From Bacillota bacterium (GTDB lineage: Bacteria; Bacillota; TC1), in the NCBI GenBank assembly GCA_041741995.1, contig JBGSJN010000004.1, positions 1 through 54,070 of the forward strand: a stretch of DNA of 54,070 nucleotides, in the 5' to 3' direction. Every line of letters begins with the position of its first letter. Position 1 is the stretch's first letter. The notes below the pieces were generated by a model that was given only the letters and a program-made list of their open reading frames with translations, was not told where the DNA came from and did not search any database. The position numbers and the translations under genes are program-made. Below, in pieces: positions 41,760 through 50,230 of this stretch.

Positions 41760-43343
41760 ATGAAAACAAAAAAACAACACAGCACATATCTGACATTAGG
41801 ACACTGGTATAGTTTTAATACAAAAATAATTGGGGAGAGTATTGTTGTTGGTGCGATTGTAGGTTTTGTTGTAGTTCTATTTAGGTATCTTCTTGAAAAA
41901 GCTGGTGAGTTATCATCAGGTTTTTATTTAACAGTAAGAGAAAATATGAATTTATTACCATTTATGATAATCAGCCTTGTTATTGTTGGGGTAATTATTG
42001 GGTTAATACTAAAATTTGAACCACTAAGTTCAGGTAGCGGGATACCCCAAATAGAGGGACAACTAGCCAGGAAAATTGAAGTTTCCTGGTGGAGAGTGCT
42101 GTTAGCAAAATTTGCAGGTGGAATACTGGCCATTGGCTCAGGAATGTCTCTAGGACGAGAAGGACCTTCAGTACAAATTGGAGCAGCAATAGGACAAGGT
42201 TTTGGGAAAATATTTAAAAGAACCAAAATAGAAGAAAAATTTCTTATAACCAGTGGAGCAAGTGCTGGACTTGCTGCTGCCTTTAATGCACCACTAGCAG
42301 GTTTGATGTTTGCTTTAGAAGAACTTCACAAACACTTTTCAGCTAAAATACTAACCTCTGCCATGGCTGCGGCTATTGTTGCAGATTTAATCTCAAAGTA
42401 TTTTTTCGGCTTACAACCAGCCTTTAATCTAAAAAACGTCCTTGTGCTACCTCACAATTATTTTATAGCTATAATTATATTAGGAGTAATTCTTGGAGTT
42501 TTTGGAACTATATTTAATAAATTTATAATTAAAAGCATGAAGTTTTATGGACGACTTAGTTGGGTGCCTTTTTGGGCTAAGCCGATTATTCCTTTATTAT
42601 TTGTCGGTCTTTTTGCTATAGTATTACCTGAAGTACTAGGTGGGGGTCATAGTCTTATTGAAACCTTGACTCATAACAATATGGGCATAAGGCTATTAGT
42701 AGTTATTCTGGTAGTTAAGTTTTTCTTTACTATGTTAAGTTATGGATCAGGAGCACAGGGTGGTATTTTCCTTCCACTTCTCGTATTGGGTGCACTGGTG
42801 GGTAGTCTTTATGGCAATTTTATCCATATTGCGTTTAATATGGACAGTAGTCTAATATCAAGCTTTATAATTCTTGCAATGGCTGGTACATTTTCTGCCA
42901 TTATTAAGGCACCATTAACTGGTATTATTTTAATTCTGGAAATGACTGGGGGTATTAGTCATCTGTTGGCATTAGCCCTTGTTTCTATAACAGCCTTTAT
43001 AACTTCTGATCTTTTAAGGTCTGCGCCAATATATGAAACGCTACTTGATAGGATTGTAAATAAAACAGATACTAAAAGCTTTGAAGGTGATGCGAGAACT
43101 AAAATGCTTATTGAAAAAGCAGTTGTTTTATCATCTAAAATAGATGGGAAATTAGTTAAAGAAATAGATTGGCCTGCTCATTGTTTATTAATTACTATCA
43201 AAAGATGTGAGAAAGAAATTATACCTAATAGAGATTTTCAGATTTTGAGTGGTGATTTATTAATTATTCTTACAGATGAATTTCATTCAACCGACGTTTT
43301 AAGCAAATTATCAAAAATTACCGAAGTAAGTAGGTTCGATTAG
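41760..43343 (+). CDS. ClC-family chloride/proton exchanger with a C-terminal TrkA-C-like domain
   Basis: GSGIPQ, GREGP and GIFLP selectivity motifs are present in a 527-aa protein. Confidence 0.9.
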   Translation: MKTKKQHSTYLTLGHWYSFNTKIIGESIVVGAIVGFVVVLFRYLLEKAGELSSGFYLTVRENMNLLPFMIISLVIVGVIIGLILKFEPLSSGSGIPQIEGQLARKIEVSWWRVLLAKFAGGILAIGSGMSLGREGPSVQIGAAIGQGFGKIFKRTKIEEKFLITSGASAGLAAAFNAPLAGLMFALEELHKHFSAKILTSAMAAAIVADLISKYFFGLQPAFNLKNVLVLPHNYFIAIIILGVILGVFGTIFNKFIIKSMKFYGRLSWVPFWAKPIIPLLFVGLFAIVLPEVLGGGHSLIETLTHNNMGIRLLVVILVVKFFFTMLSYGSGAQGGIFLPLLVLGALVGSLYGNFIHIAFNMDSSLISSFIILAMAGTFSAIIKAPLTGIILILEMTGGISHLLALALVSITAFITSDLLRSAPIYETLLDRIVNKTDTKSFEGDARTKMLIEKAVVLSSKIDGKLVKEIDWPAHCLLITIKRCEKEIIPNRDFQILSGDLLIILTDEFHSTDVLSKLSKITEVSRFD

Positions 43344-43423
43344 CTATTAGAGGAGTTGCAATGCTCCTTTTAACAATTTGAATAGATATTAGAATGGGAG
43401 TTCAATAGGTGAGTATGAGGTGA

Positions 43424-43978
43424 TTGGTTATTAGTTATTTATATGATTTGGATAAGGGTATTTTGTTCTTTATTAATTATAATTTGCATTTTCCTTTTTT
43501 GGATAAGTTTATGATTCTGGCAACTCATGCAGGTGATAAGGGTTTGATTTGGTTGTTGGTTGTTGGTGTCTTATTGTTTAATAAGAAGTATAGATATGTC
43601 GGGGTTTTGACCTTGGTAGCCTTGGCCTTGAATGCTCTTATTGGGGAACAGTTTTTGAAATATATTTTTCAAAGACCAAGGCCTTATACTGATTTTCCTT
43701 TTGTTGATTTGTTAGTAGGTAAGTATAGGACTTTTTCCTTTCCATCTGGACATACCGCATCTTCTTTTGCTGCAGCCTTTATTTTGAGCAGATACTTGAA
43801 GAATTTTTCTTTGGTTTTCTGGAGTATGGCTGTTGTGATTTCTTTTTCTAGGATGTATCTTTTTATGCATTATCCTAGTGATGTGCTTGGGGGAATTATT
43901 CTTGGATTGTGTTGTGGGGTGTTGGTTTCATATCTTTTTGAACATAAATTCAAGGATAGGCATAAGGTTTTAGAATAA
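43424..43978 (+). CDS. PAP2-family phosphatase (undecaprenyl-diphosphatase/BcrC-like)
   Basis: KYIFQRPRP, PSGH and SRMYLFMHYPSDV make up the tripartite PAP2 motif. The start is TTG with SD GAGGTGA. Confidence 0.85.
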   Translation: MVISYLYDLDKGILFFINYNLHFPFLDKFMILATHAGDKGLIWLLVVGVLLFNKKYRYVGVLTLVALALNALIGEQFLKYIFQRPRPYTDFPFVDLLVGKYRTFSFPSGHTASSFAAAFILSRYLKNFSLVFWSMAVVISFSRMYLFMHYPSDVLGGIILGLCCGVLVSYLFEHKFKDRHKVLE

Positions 43979-44033
43979 ACAAACAAACAAATAAAAAAAT
44001 TAACAAATAAATTAACAAATATATATTAATTGT

Positions 44034-44072
44034 ACAGTAGAGCACCTCAGCTTCTGAGGTGCTCTACTGTTT
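44034..44072 (+). terminator. Strong 16-17-bp hairpin after the PAP2 gene
   Basis: ACAGTAGAGCACCTCAG / CTGAGGTGCTCTACTGT with a tight loop and only a short T-tail (TTT). Confidence 0.6.
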
Positions 44073-44238
44073 AGTTGAAAATATTTTAAAATTATTATTG
44101 TAATTACCTATAGTAAAGTCTATAATAAGGTTAGACGGTGATATGGAAAAATTCCACATATAGATGGAAATATTTAATATAAAAAGTGAATAATATATAC
44201 TATAAGATAATTGTTCAGTAGTAAGGAGTGATGTATTT

Positions 44239-44433
44239 GTGAAGAATAAGAAGATGAAGATTGCGAGGATTGAAAGTGATGTTTCACAAGAGCAGTTGGC
44301 GAATATTGTAGGGGTTACCAGGCAGACTATTAGTCTAATTGAATCTGGAACATATAATCCGTCATTAAAATTGTGTGTTGATATTTGCAAGGCACTTAAT
44401 AAAACTTTAAATGATTTGTTTTGGGAGGTATGA
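44239..44433 (+). CDS. Small XRE-family HTH transcriptional regulator
   Basis: ARIESDVSQEQLANIVGVTRQTISLIESGTYNPSLKLCVDICKAL is the typical 64-aa regulator that precedes a small membrane protein. Confidence 0.75.
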   Translation: MKNKKMKIARIESDVSQEQLANIVGVTRQTISLIESGTYNPSLKLCVDICKALNKTLNDLFWEV

Positions 44434-44435
44434 TT

Positions 44436-44900
44436 ATGAACGTTGATAAAATAGTTAAGGAAGCAAGGGTTATTATGATTGTAGGCTTGGTAATTGGTTT
44501 TCTATTACTTGGTTTAGGTATTGTTTTTAATATTTTGGATGTGGGCTTTATTGGGAATAAGAGAGGTCTGGTGGGCTTATCCTTTATACCTTTTAGTATA
44601 GCTATAATTTATTTTATTAAGCTTTCAGGAATAAGGAAAACTCCAGATAAGATGAAGAATATTATTATTACTGAAAATGATGAAAGGCTTGTGGCTTTAA
44701 AGAATGAAGCTGATGCTGTGGCTTTTAAGATTGTTCAAGGGGCTATTTTTTTAAGTTATATGGGTTATACTTTGTTGGTTCCTGAGGATATTTTTGAATC
44801 TGTGGGTTGGTGGATTTTAATGGGTCTTCTTTTTATTGCCTTCATGTCTCAAGGCATACTAGCTGCAAGGGCCATGAAGAATCCTAAGTCTGAAGAATAG
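44436..44900 (+). CDS. Small membrane protein partner of the XRE regulator (ORF track start 44421; ATG 44436 preferred)
   Basis: SD GGGAGG lies 7 nt before ATG 44436. There are 4 predicted TM helices, and the gene abuts the XRE gene stop. Confidence 0.6.
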   Translation: MNVDKIVKEARVIMIVGLVIGFLLLGLGIVFNILDVGFIGNKRGLVGLSFIPFSIAIIYFIKLSGIRKTPDKMKNIIITENDERLVALKNEADAVAFKIVQGAIFLSYMGYTLLVPEDIFESVGWWILMGLLFIAFMSQGILAARAMKNPKSEE

Positions 44901-45035
44901 TAAACTTTATATAAGATATATTTAATGAACTAATATGAAGTGGTAACAAAAATTGACATTGGCAATAGAAATTCTATATTATAAATACATAATCTTTACA
45001 CAAAATAAAAACAATACCATTAGGAGACAGAATCA

Positions 45036-46604
45036 ATGATACTTTACCAGGAAAAGATTAAAAAAAACAAAACCCTCATATATGCAACATTAGCGTTGAC
45101 AATATATATGGTAATTTATTATATAATGCTTAATGTCCTGAAAAATCAAGCACTCATAATATTCAGTGATACCATGGGAATATTAGGACTAACTCTAAGT
45201 CTCCTTATAATGATATATGCCATCAACAAACACTCCTCCAAAAGCAAAAAAAACATGTGGACTATATTCGCAATTGGCATATTTTTCTATATTCTTGCAG
45301 ATAGCGTCTGGTTTATAAGTGAAACAATGAACAATCTAGAATCATACTTGCTGATTACAGATATTTTATATACAATTCAATCAATATTATTTGTTATAGC
45401 ACTATATAAATTTGCCTTCCGAAAAGGTAATCCAAGAAAAATAATTAAGAGCATCGATATATTAATAGGAGCAATACTAATTATCATGTTAGAGTTGAAG
45501 TATATGATCATACCATTATTATCATTAACTATTGATAATGGATTATCATCATATCTGTCCATTATTTATCCAGTCACAGATATAGTCATGTTTATAATGC
45601 TTATCATGATGATTATGAGACCAACACATCAAAAGATGATAAATGTGACCAGACTTATGGTTATACCAATAATAATAAATATAATTATTGATCAACTTTA
45701 TGTTTTAGAAACAATTAATAATAGCTACAGTTCTGGTAGTTGGTTAGATCCTTTATGGCCACTGGCTACCTGGCTTCTGGCAATAATCGCATTAATTTCA
45801 TTAGAACAAAACACCACAGTTACAGAAAAAGAAGAAGATAATGTAGATATTCTAGGTGTCAGTCAATCAATAAGAAATGCTACTGTAATAATGTTCTATA
45901 TCGCTTTTTTATTATTTGGAGTCTATGTTTTCAGCAGGTATTTGATTATTGATGTTTTATCAGTCGGGTTCCTTCTAATTGTAGCTATATTGATTATTAG
46001 AGATATGTTTTATTCAATCAAAATGGGCAGGTTATTTGAAAAAATTAAAGGAGTAAACAAGGATCTGGAAATTGTTAATGAAAAACTTGATGTTGAGTCA
46101 AAGACAGACTTTATGACAGGACTGAACAATAGAAGACAGATAATGAATTTATACTCTCATCTGAAAAAACACGCATTAAAAGAAAACAAACTGTTATCAG
46201 TTATAATGATTGATATTGATTATTTCAAGAAAATTAATGATCAATATGGACACGAAGCAGGAGATAAGGTGTTAAAAAAAGTATCTGAATTACTTCTAGA
46301 AAATACTAGAGGAAATGATCATGTTGGTCGCTTTGGTGGAGAGGAATTTATGATACTTATGCCTGACTGTAATAGGGATAAGGCTTATGGACTTGCAGAA
46401 AGAATCAGGATGAAAATAGAAGAGACTCCTATTTCAATTGATAACTCAGGAACACAGGTGAATGTTACAATAAGTGTAGGTATATCATGTCTAGATTCAA
46501 GAATTCAGAATAATAACGATACAATAAGCGAAGCAGATAAAGCCTTATATGTTGCTAAGGAAAAGGGTCGTAACCGAGTAATAAATTTCAATGTTTCCAC
46601 TTAA
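45036..46604 (+). CDS. Membrane-bound diguanylate cyclase (multi-TM N-terminal sensor plus GGDEF domain with I-site)
   Basis: GGEEF lies at 46335-46349 and RGND sits five residues upstream (RxxD I-site). About 8-10 TM helices lie N-terminal. Confidence 0.9.
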   Translation: MILYQEKIKKNKTLIYATLALTIYMVIYYIMLNVLKNQALIIFSDTMGILGLTLSLLIMIYAINKHSSKSKKNMWTIFAIGIFFYILADSVWFISETMNNLESYLLITDILYTIQSILFVIALYKFAFRKGNPRKIIKSIDILIGAILIIMLELKYMIIPLLSLTIDNGLSSYLSIIYPVTDIVMFIMLIMMIMRPTHQKMINVTRLMVIPIIINIIIDQLYVLETINNSYSSGSWLDPLWPLATWLLAIIALISLEQNTTVTEKEEDNVDILGVSQSIRNATVIMFYIAFLLFGVYVFSRYLIIDVLSVGFLLIVAILIIRDMFYSIKMGRLFEKIKGVNKDLEIVNEKLDVESKTDFMTGLNNRRQIMNLYSHLKKHALKENKLLSVIMIDIDYFKKINDQYGHEAGDKVLKKVSELLLENTRGNDHVGRFGGEEFMILMPDCNRDKAYGLAERIRMKIEETPISIDNSGTQVNVTISVGISCLDSRIQNNNDTISEADKALYVAKEKGRNRVINFNVST

Positions 46605-46606
46605 GA

Positions 46607-46643
46607 AAATAGCCTCCTATGGTATATACCAAGGAGGCTATTT
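46607..46643. terminator. Bidirectional intrinsic terminator between convergent genes
   Basis: The near-perfect palindrome AAATAGCCTCCT...AGGAGGCTATTT has an A-run on the left and a T-run on the right. Confidence 0.8.
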
Positions 46644-46656
46644 TAATATCCGATAA

Positions 46657-48153
46657 TTATTGTTGTAATTCAAACTTCAACTCATTAATAGTTGATTCAT
46701 ACTCAGCTATTTTTGTCTCTAGATTTTGTATTTTGGCTTCATAATTACTGACAACATTATATTGAATATTTAAGGCTTCGTTATTAGCTTTTAGTTTGTT
46801 AATGTTTTCTTTGGTGGTATAGATTTTAATATCCTTTAATTGACTATTCTGATTTAGTAATTTCTTATCATTTAAGTAGTTAATAGATTCTTTCATCATT
46901 TTGAATATCTCAGGGCTTTCACTAAAAATATATAGTTGTTTGTATTCAGCTTCATCATATATATTGTAAGATGAAGTGCTATACCTATTTAATAGGTATT
47001 CTATTTTAATATTTTGATTGTTAGTTTCAATGTATTCTATTTCATTTCCTGTTGTATTTTTAATGATTAAGTTGTCAATCATATCTACTTCCATTGACTG
47101 GGTTACCATTAACTCTTTACCATCACTCATTTCAAAGTCTAATGATCCAATAAACATTAGTCCGGAACCAACTCCGGCTATCATTAAACTTATAAGGAAG
47201 GTCCAGATCATTATTTTCTTTTTGTTTTGTCTGTTGAAGACGAAGTTAAGTAGTATTAGTTCTATTATTACTGTTATTGCTATGGCAGCGAGTAGGGTTA
47301 TTAAAGTACCGAAGAAGAATAATCCAGTTTTTGCTATTAGGAAGGATAGTACTACACCTACTACTAAGCTAATTAGTATAAATGCTATGAATATTAGTGT
47401 TATAAGAGCCCAGATTTTTATTACGCCTACTATTGTCTTTAGTAGGCCGTTAATGAATTTATATTCACTATGCTTAGGGTCTCTTAGGATTATTTTTTCA
47501 CTTTTTTGTATAGGTTCTTTTACTTTACTATTTGAGTTCTCTATATCTGTTTTAATGATATTCTCATTTTCATTTTCCATTTCAATATTATCTGTAGCAA
47601 TTTCATAATAGTCTATATATCTTGTCTTAAATACATGGAGCCAGACTATAGTACCAAAGACAATAGATATAATTTTGAAAATAGATTCTCCAATACTATA
47701 TAGAACAAGGTAGGCTTGATCTGGTATAAAACTGATCATATTACCAAAAATACCACCTAAAACATTACCAAATATTGAGAAGGCAATCATCAGTATAGTT
47801 ATGATAACTACTTGCTCAAACAGGCATTTTAGCCTGGTCTTTTTGTTGAAGCGCATAAGCATGTTAAAGGTTTTAGTTATGAAGTTTAGGAAGTCATCTA
47901 TGTATTTGTTAATATTGTTTTTTGATTCTTGTTCTGACTTAACTTCTCTGATGTCGTTATTTAACAGGTCGTTAATGTCCAAATTGAATCTGTTACATAT
48001 CTGTAGTATCTTATCCATTTCAGGGTAGGTATTTCCTGATTCCCATTTTGATATAGCCTGACGGGATACTTTTAGGTCTTCTGCTAATTGTTCTTGTGAA
48101 AGATTATGATCTTTTCTTATCTTCTTGAGATTTTCTGCTAGTTTATTATTCAT
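46657..48153 (-). CDS. Membrane-tethered XRE-family HTH protein (N-terminal HTH, multiple TM helices, extracytoplasmic domain, C-terminal coiled coil)
   Basis: The N-terminus is LSQEQLAEDLKVSRQAISKWESGNTYPEMDKILQICNRF. Hydrophobic segments span aa 110-330. The C-terminus is a heptad-like YEAKIQNLETKIAEYESTINELKFEL. Confidence 0.75.
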   Translation of the reverse strand: MNNKLAENLKKIRKDHNLSQEQLAEDLKVSRQAISKWESGNTYPEMDKILQICNRFNLDINDLLNNDIREVKSEQESKNNINKYIDDFLNFITKTFNMLMRFNKKTRLKCLFEQVVIITILMIAFSIFGNVLGGIFGNMISFIPDQAYLVLYSIGESIFKIISIVFGTIVWLHVFKTRYIDYYEIATDNIEMENENENIIKTDIENSNSKVKEPIQKSEKIILRDPKHSEYKFINGLLKTIVGVIKIWALITLIFIAFILISLVVGVVLSFLIAKTGLFFFGTLITLLAAIAITVIIELILLNFVFNRQNKKKIMIWTFLISLMIAGVGSGLMFIGSLDFEMSDGKELMVTQSMEVDMIDNLIIKNTTGNEIEYIETNNQNIKIEYLLNRYSTSSYNIYDEAEYKQLYIFSESPEIFKMMKESINYLNDKKLLNQNSQLKDIKIYTTKENINKLKANNEALNIQYNVVSNYEAKIQNLETKIAEYESTINELKFELQQ

Positions 48154-48324
48154 CTATTTTCTCCTTCTTTGAGTTATCTTTACAAGACAATAGTATAATT
48201 TCTAATGGTTGCAAACTACCAACTTACGGTTGTTTTTTGTATAAACTTGGTTGCATCTCACTAATTATACTATAAATACAACAAAAACAATCATTAACAG
48301 CCACCTATAAATATCCATTTTGAA

Positions 48325-48361
48325 TAAAAAAAGTAAGAGAGGCGATTTTGCCTCTCTTACT
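48325..48361 (-). terminator. Minus-strand Rho-independent terminator with no annotated gene upstream of it
   Basis: AGTAAGAGAGGC (48332-48343) / GCCTCTCTTACT (48350-48361). The A7 on the + strand becomes a T7 tail on the - strand. Confidence 0.6.
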
Positions 48362-48561
48362 CTTAGACCAAAAAAGAACTGAAATATATGATGAAAACAC
48401 GATGGGAACAAATTAATAAATGATACTTATTGAAATCATGATATCATATCTTAATTATTTGTAAATATATATAGTGAAAAATATTGTAAAAAATATCATT
48501 GGTAAGTTGAAGTGACTGGATTCTGCTAATAATATAATAATTATTGCCATTGACATGAAAG

Positions 48562-48819
48562 ATGAGAATAGAAGAAACATTCTCTAATAGAAAGACAGGA
48601 TTTGATGATATAGTAGCATTTGAAAAGGATTTTGTAGAAGATAGACTAAGAAATGAACGGTGGAAAGCCTTAATAAAAAAGAAAAAATCAATGGTTGTAG
48701 TGGATTTTATAAGTGTAATCAATCTTATTAAACTCTTTTTAGAACCAGTTATAGTTAAAATTATTGCAAATGAAGAGATGAATAGCACATGGAATTCAAA
48801 GAAAAATGAATGGGCTTAA
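48562..48819 (+). CDS. Possible small protein (85 aa), weakly supported
   Basis: The translation is more protein-like than the overlapping antisense ORF and a hairpin follows at 48822-48855. No convincing SD was seen. Confidence 0.3.
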   Translation: MRIEETFSNRKTGFDDIVAFEKDFVEDRLRNERWKALIKKKKSMVVVDFISVINLIKLFLEPVIVKIIANEEMNSTWNSKKNEWA

Positions 48820-48821
48820 TT

Positions 48822-48855
48822 CCCAGATAAATATATTATCTGGGTATTTCTTTTG
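48822..48855 (+). terminator. Hairpin plus T-rich tail
   Basis: CCCAGATAA / TTATC(C)TGGG with a 1-nt bulge, followed by TATTTCTTTT. Confidence 0.45.
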
Positions 48856-48867
48856 TAAATAGCATCT

Positions 48868-48896
48868 TGCAATTTGTAAATACATGGGTTAGTATT
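48868..48896 (+). promoter_or_regulatory. Candidate sigma-A promoter of the amidohydrolase-ALDH-LacI-ADH cluster
   Basis: TTGCAA (48868-48873), a 17-nt spacer, then TAGTAT (48891-48896). Confidence 0.35.
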
Positions 48897-48900
48897 AAAT

Positions 48901-48918
48901 TGTGGAACCGGTTCCACA
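48901..48918. promoter_or_regulatory. Perfect 18-bp palindrome TGTGGAACCGGTTCCACA, candidate operator for the LacI-family regulator at 51706-52725
   Basis: It lies immediately downstream of the candidate -10 and 31 nt before ATG 48949. It has the dyad form typical of LacI/GalR operators, centred on CG. Confidence 0.45.
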
Positions 48919-48948
48919 ATTTAAAAAGAAAAGAAGGATATTGGATAA

Positions 48949-50196
48949 ATGATGTATGACCTACTAATCAAAAACGCAACAATAGAAAACATGGAAGAAA
49001 CCAAAGACATAGGAATACTAAATGGGAAAATAACTGAAATAAGCAAGGATATACCTGCAGATGCAGGGAAAGAAACAATATGGGCCAATGGAAGACTAGT
49101 AACTCCAGGCTTTGTGGACAGCCACATGCACTACGACAAAACCCTAACACTAGGGGAAAGAGAAACCAAAACCCTAGACGAAGCTATAGAAGAATTCACC
49201 AAATACTGCACTAGCATGAACTGTAATGAGTGGAAAGCCGATGTAAAAAGAAGAGCCAGAGAAGCAGCCCGCCAATCAGTACAAGCAGGAACCACACACG
49301 CAAGAACCCACGTCAACATAGAAGCAGGAACTGACCTATATGGAATAGAAGCCCTTAATGAAATTAAGCATGAGCTGAAAGATTTTATTGATATAAAAAT
49401 CACCTCACTGCCAGCCTTCTATGATAGCAAAGAAGCACAAGAAAAAAGATTTGAACTATTAGAACATGCCTGTAAGAATAACATGCTCGATTTCTTAGGA
49501 GGATCACTCAACCATTACGACAACTGGGAAGAATTAACCGAAAGAATATTCGCACTGGCAGTTAAATACAATCTGCCATTAGACCTACACGTCGACGAAT
49601 CAGACCAACCAGATGTCAGAAACTTCGAACAAATAGCCGACCTGACAATCAAGTACGGCTACCAGGGAAGAGTAAGCTGCGGACACGTAACAGCCCTAAA
49701 CGCAGTAGATGACGAAACAGCAGCCAGAGTAATTAGAAAAGCAAAAGAAGCGGATCTAAACATCATTACCCTACCCTCCTGTAACCTCTATTTGATGGGA
49801 CGTATCGATAAACAACCAATAAGAAGAGGCACAACCAGAATAAGAGAATTCCTAGAAGCAGGAGTAAACATCTCCTACGCTTCAGATAACATAAGAGACC
49901 AATTTCGCCCAATTGGCAATGGAGATATGCTAGAAGAAGGACTACTAACAGCCCAAGTGGCCCAAATGGTAACCAAAACAGACCTAGAAACCATCTTTAA
50001 AATGGGCACAAACAACCCCGCCAAAGCCCTCCTATTAGAGGACTATGGACTAGAAATAGGCAAACAAGCAGACCTAGTAATCTTTGATGCTACAAATGTA
50101 GCAGAAGCCCTAATAAACCAAGCCACTAGAAACTACGTAATCAAAAAAGGAAAAGTAGTAGCCAAAAATACCAAAATATCAGAAATTGTTTTTTAA
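48949..50196 (+). CDS. Metal-dependent amidohydrolase, cytosine-deaminase-like subfamily
   Basis: PGFVDSHMHYDK (HxH metal site; compare CodA PPFVEPHIHLD), HVDESD and a C-terminal SDN... are present in a 415-aa protein. Confidence 0.7.
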   Translation: MMYDLLIKNATIENMEETKDIGILNGKITEISKDIPADAGKETIWANGRLVTPGFVDSHMHYDKTLTLGERETKTLDEAIEEFTKYCTSMNCNEWKADVKRRAREAARQSVQAGTTHARTHVNIEAGTDLYGIEALNEIKHELKDFIDIKITSLPAFYDSKEAQEKRFELLEHACKNNMLDFLGGSLNHYDNWEELTERIFALAVKYNLPLDLHVDESDQPDVRNFEQIADLTIKYGYQGRVSCGHVTALNAVDDETAARVIRKAKEADLNIITLPSCNLYLMGRIDKQPIRRGTTRIREFLEAGVNISYASDNIRDQFRPIGNGDMLEEGLLTAQVAQMVTKTDLETIFKMGTNNPAKALLLEDYGLEIGKQADLVIFDATNVAEALINQATRNYVIKKGKVVAKNTKISEIVF

Positions 50197-50230
50197 TTAA
50201 TATGACATACGAAAGGAGCCAAAGAAAAAA

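Noticed and set aside
43976-44022. Simple repeats after the PAP2 gene: (AAAC)n and a tandem 12-mer AAATTAACAAAT x2
   Set aside because: This is short low-complexity A-rich intergenic DNA just before a strong hairpin. It is too short and too degenerate to support a functional claim.
47018-47608. 196-aa + strand ORF overlapping the minus-strand XRE-membrane gene
   Set aside because: It is an antisense shadow with an Ile/Ser/Phe-rich junk translation. The minus-strand frame carries a clear HTH and TM helices.
48444-48788. 114-aa minus-strand ORF upstream of the orphan terminator
   Set aside because: It has a GTG start with no SD and a junk-like S/I/F/L-rich translation. The overlapping + strand 85-aa ORF is slightly more plausible, but it is also weak.
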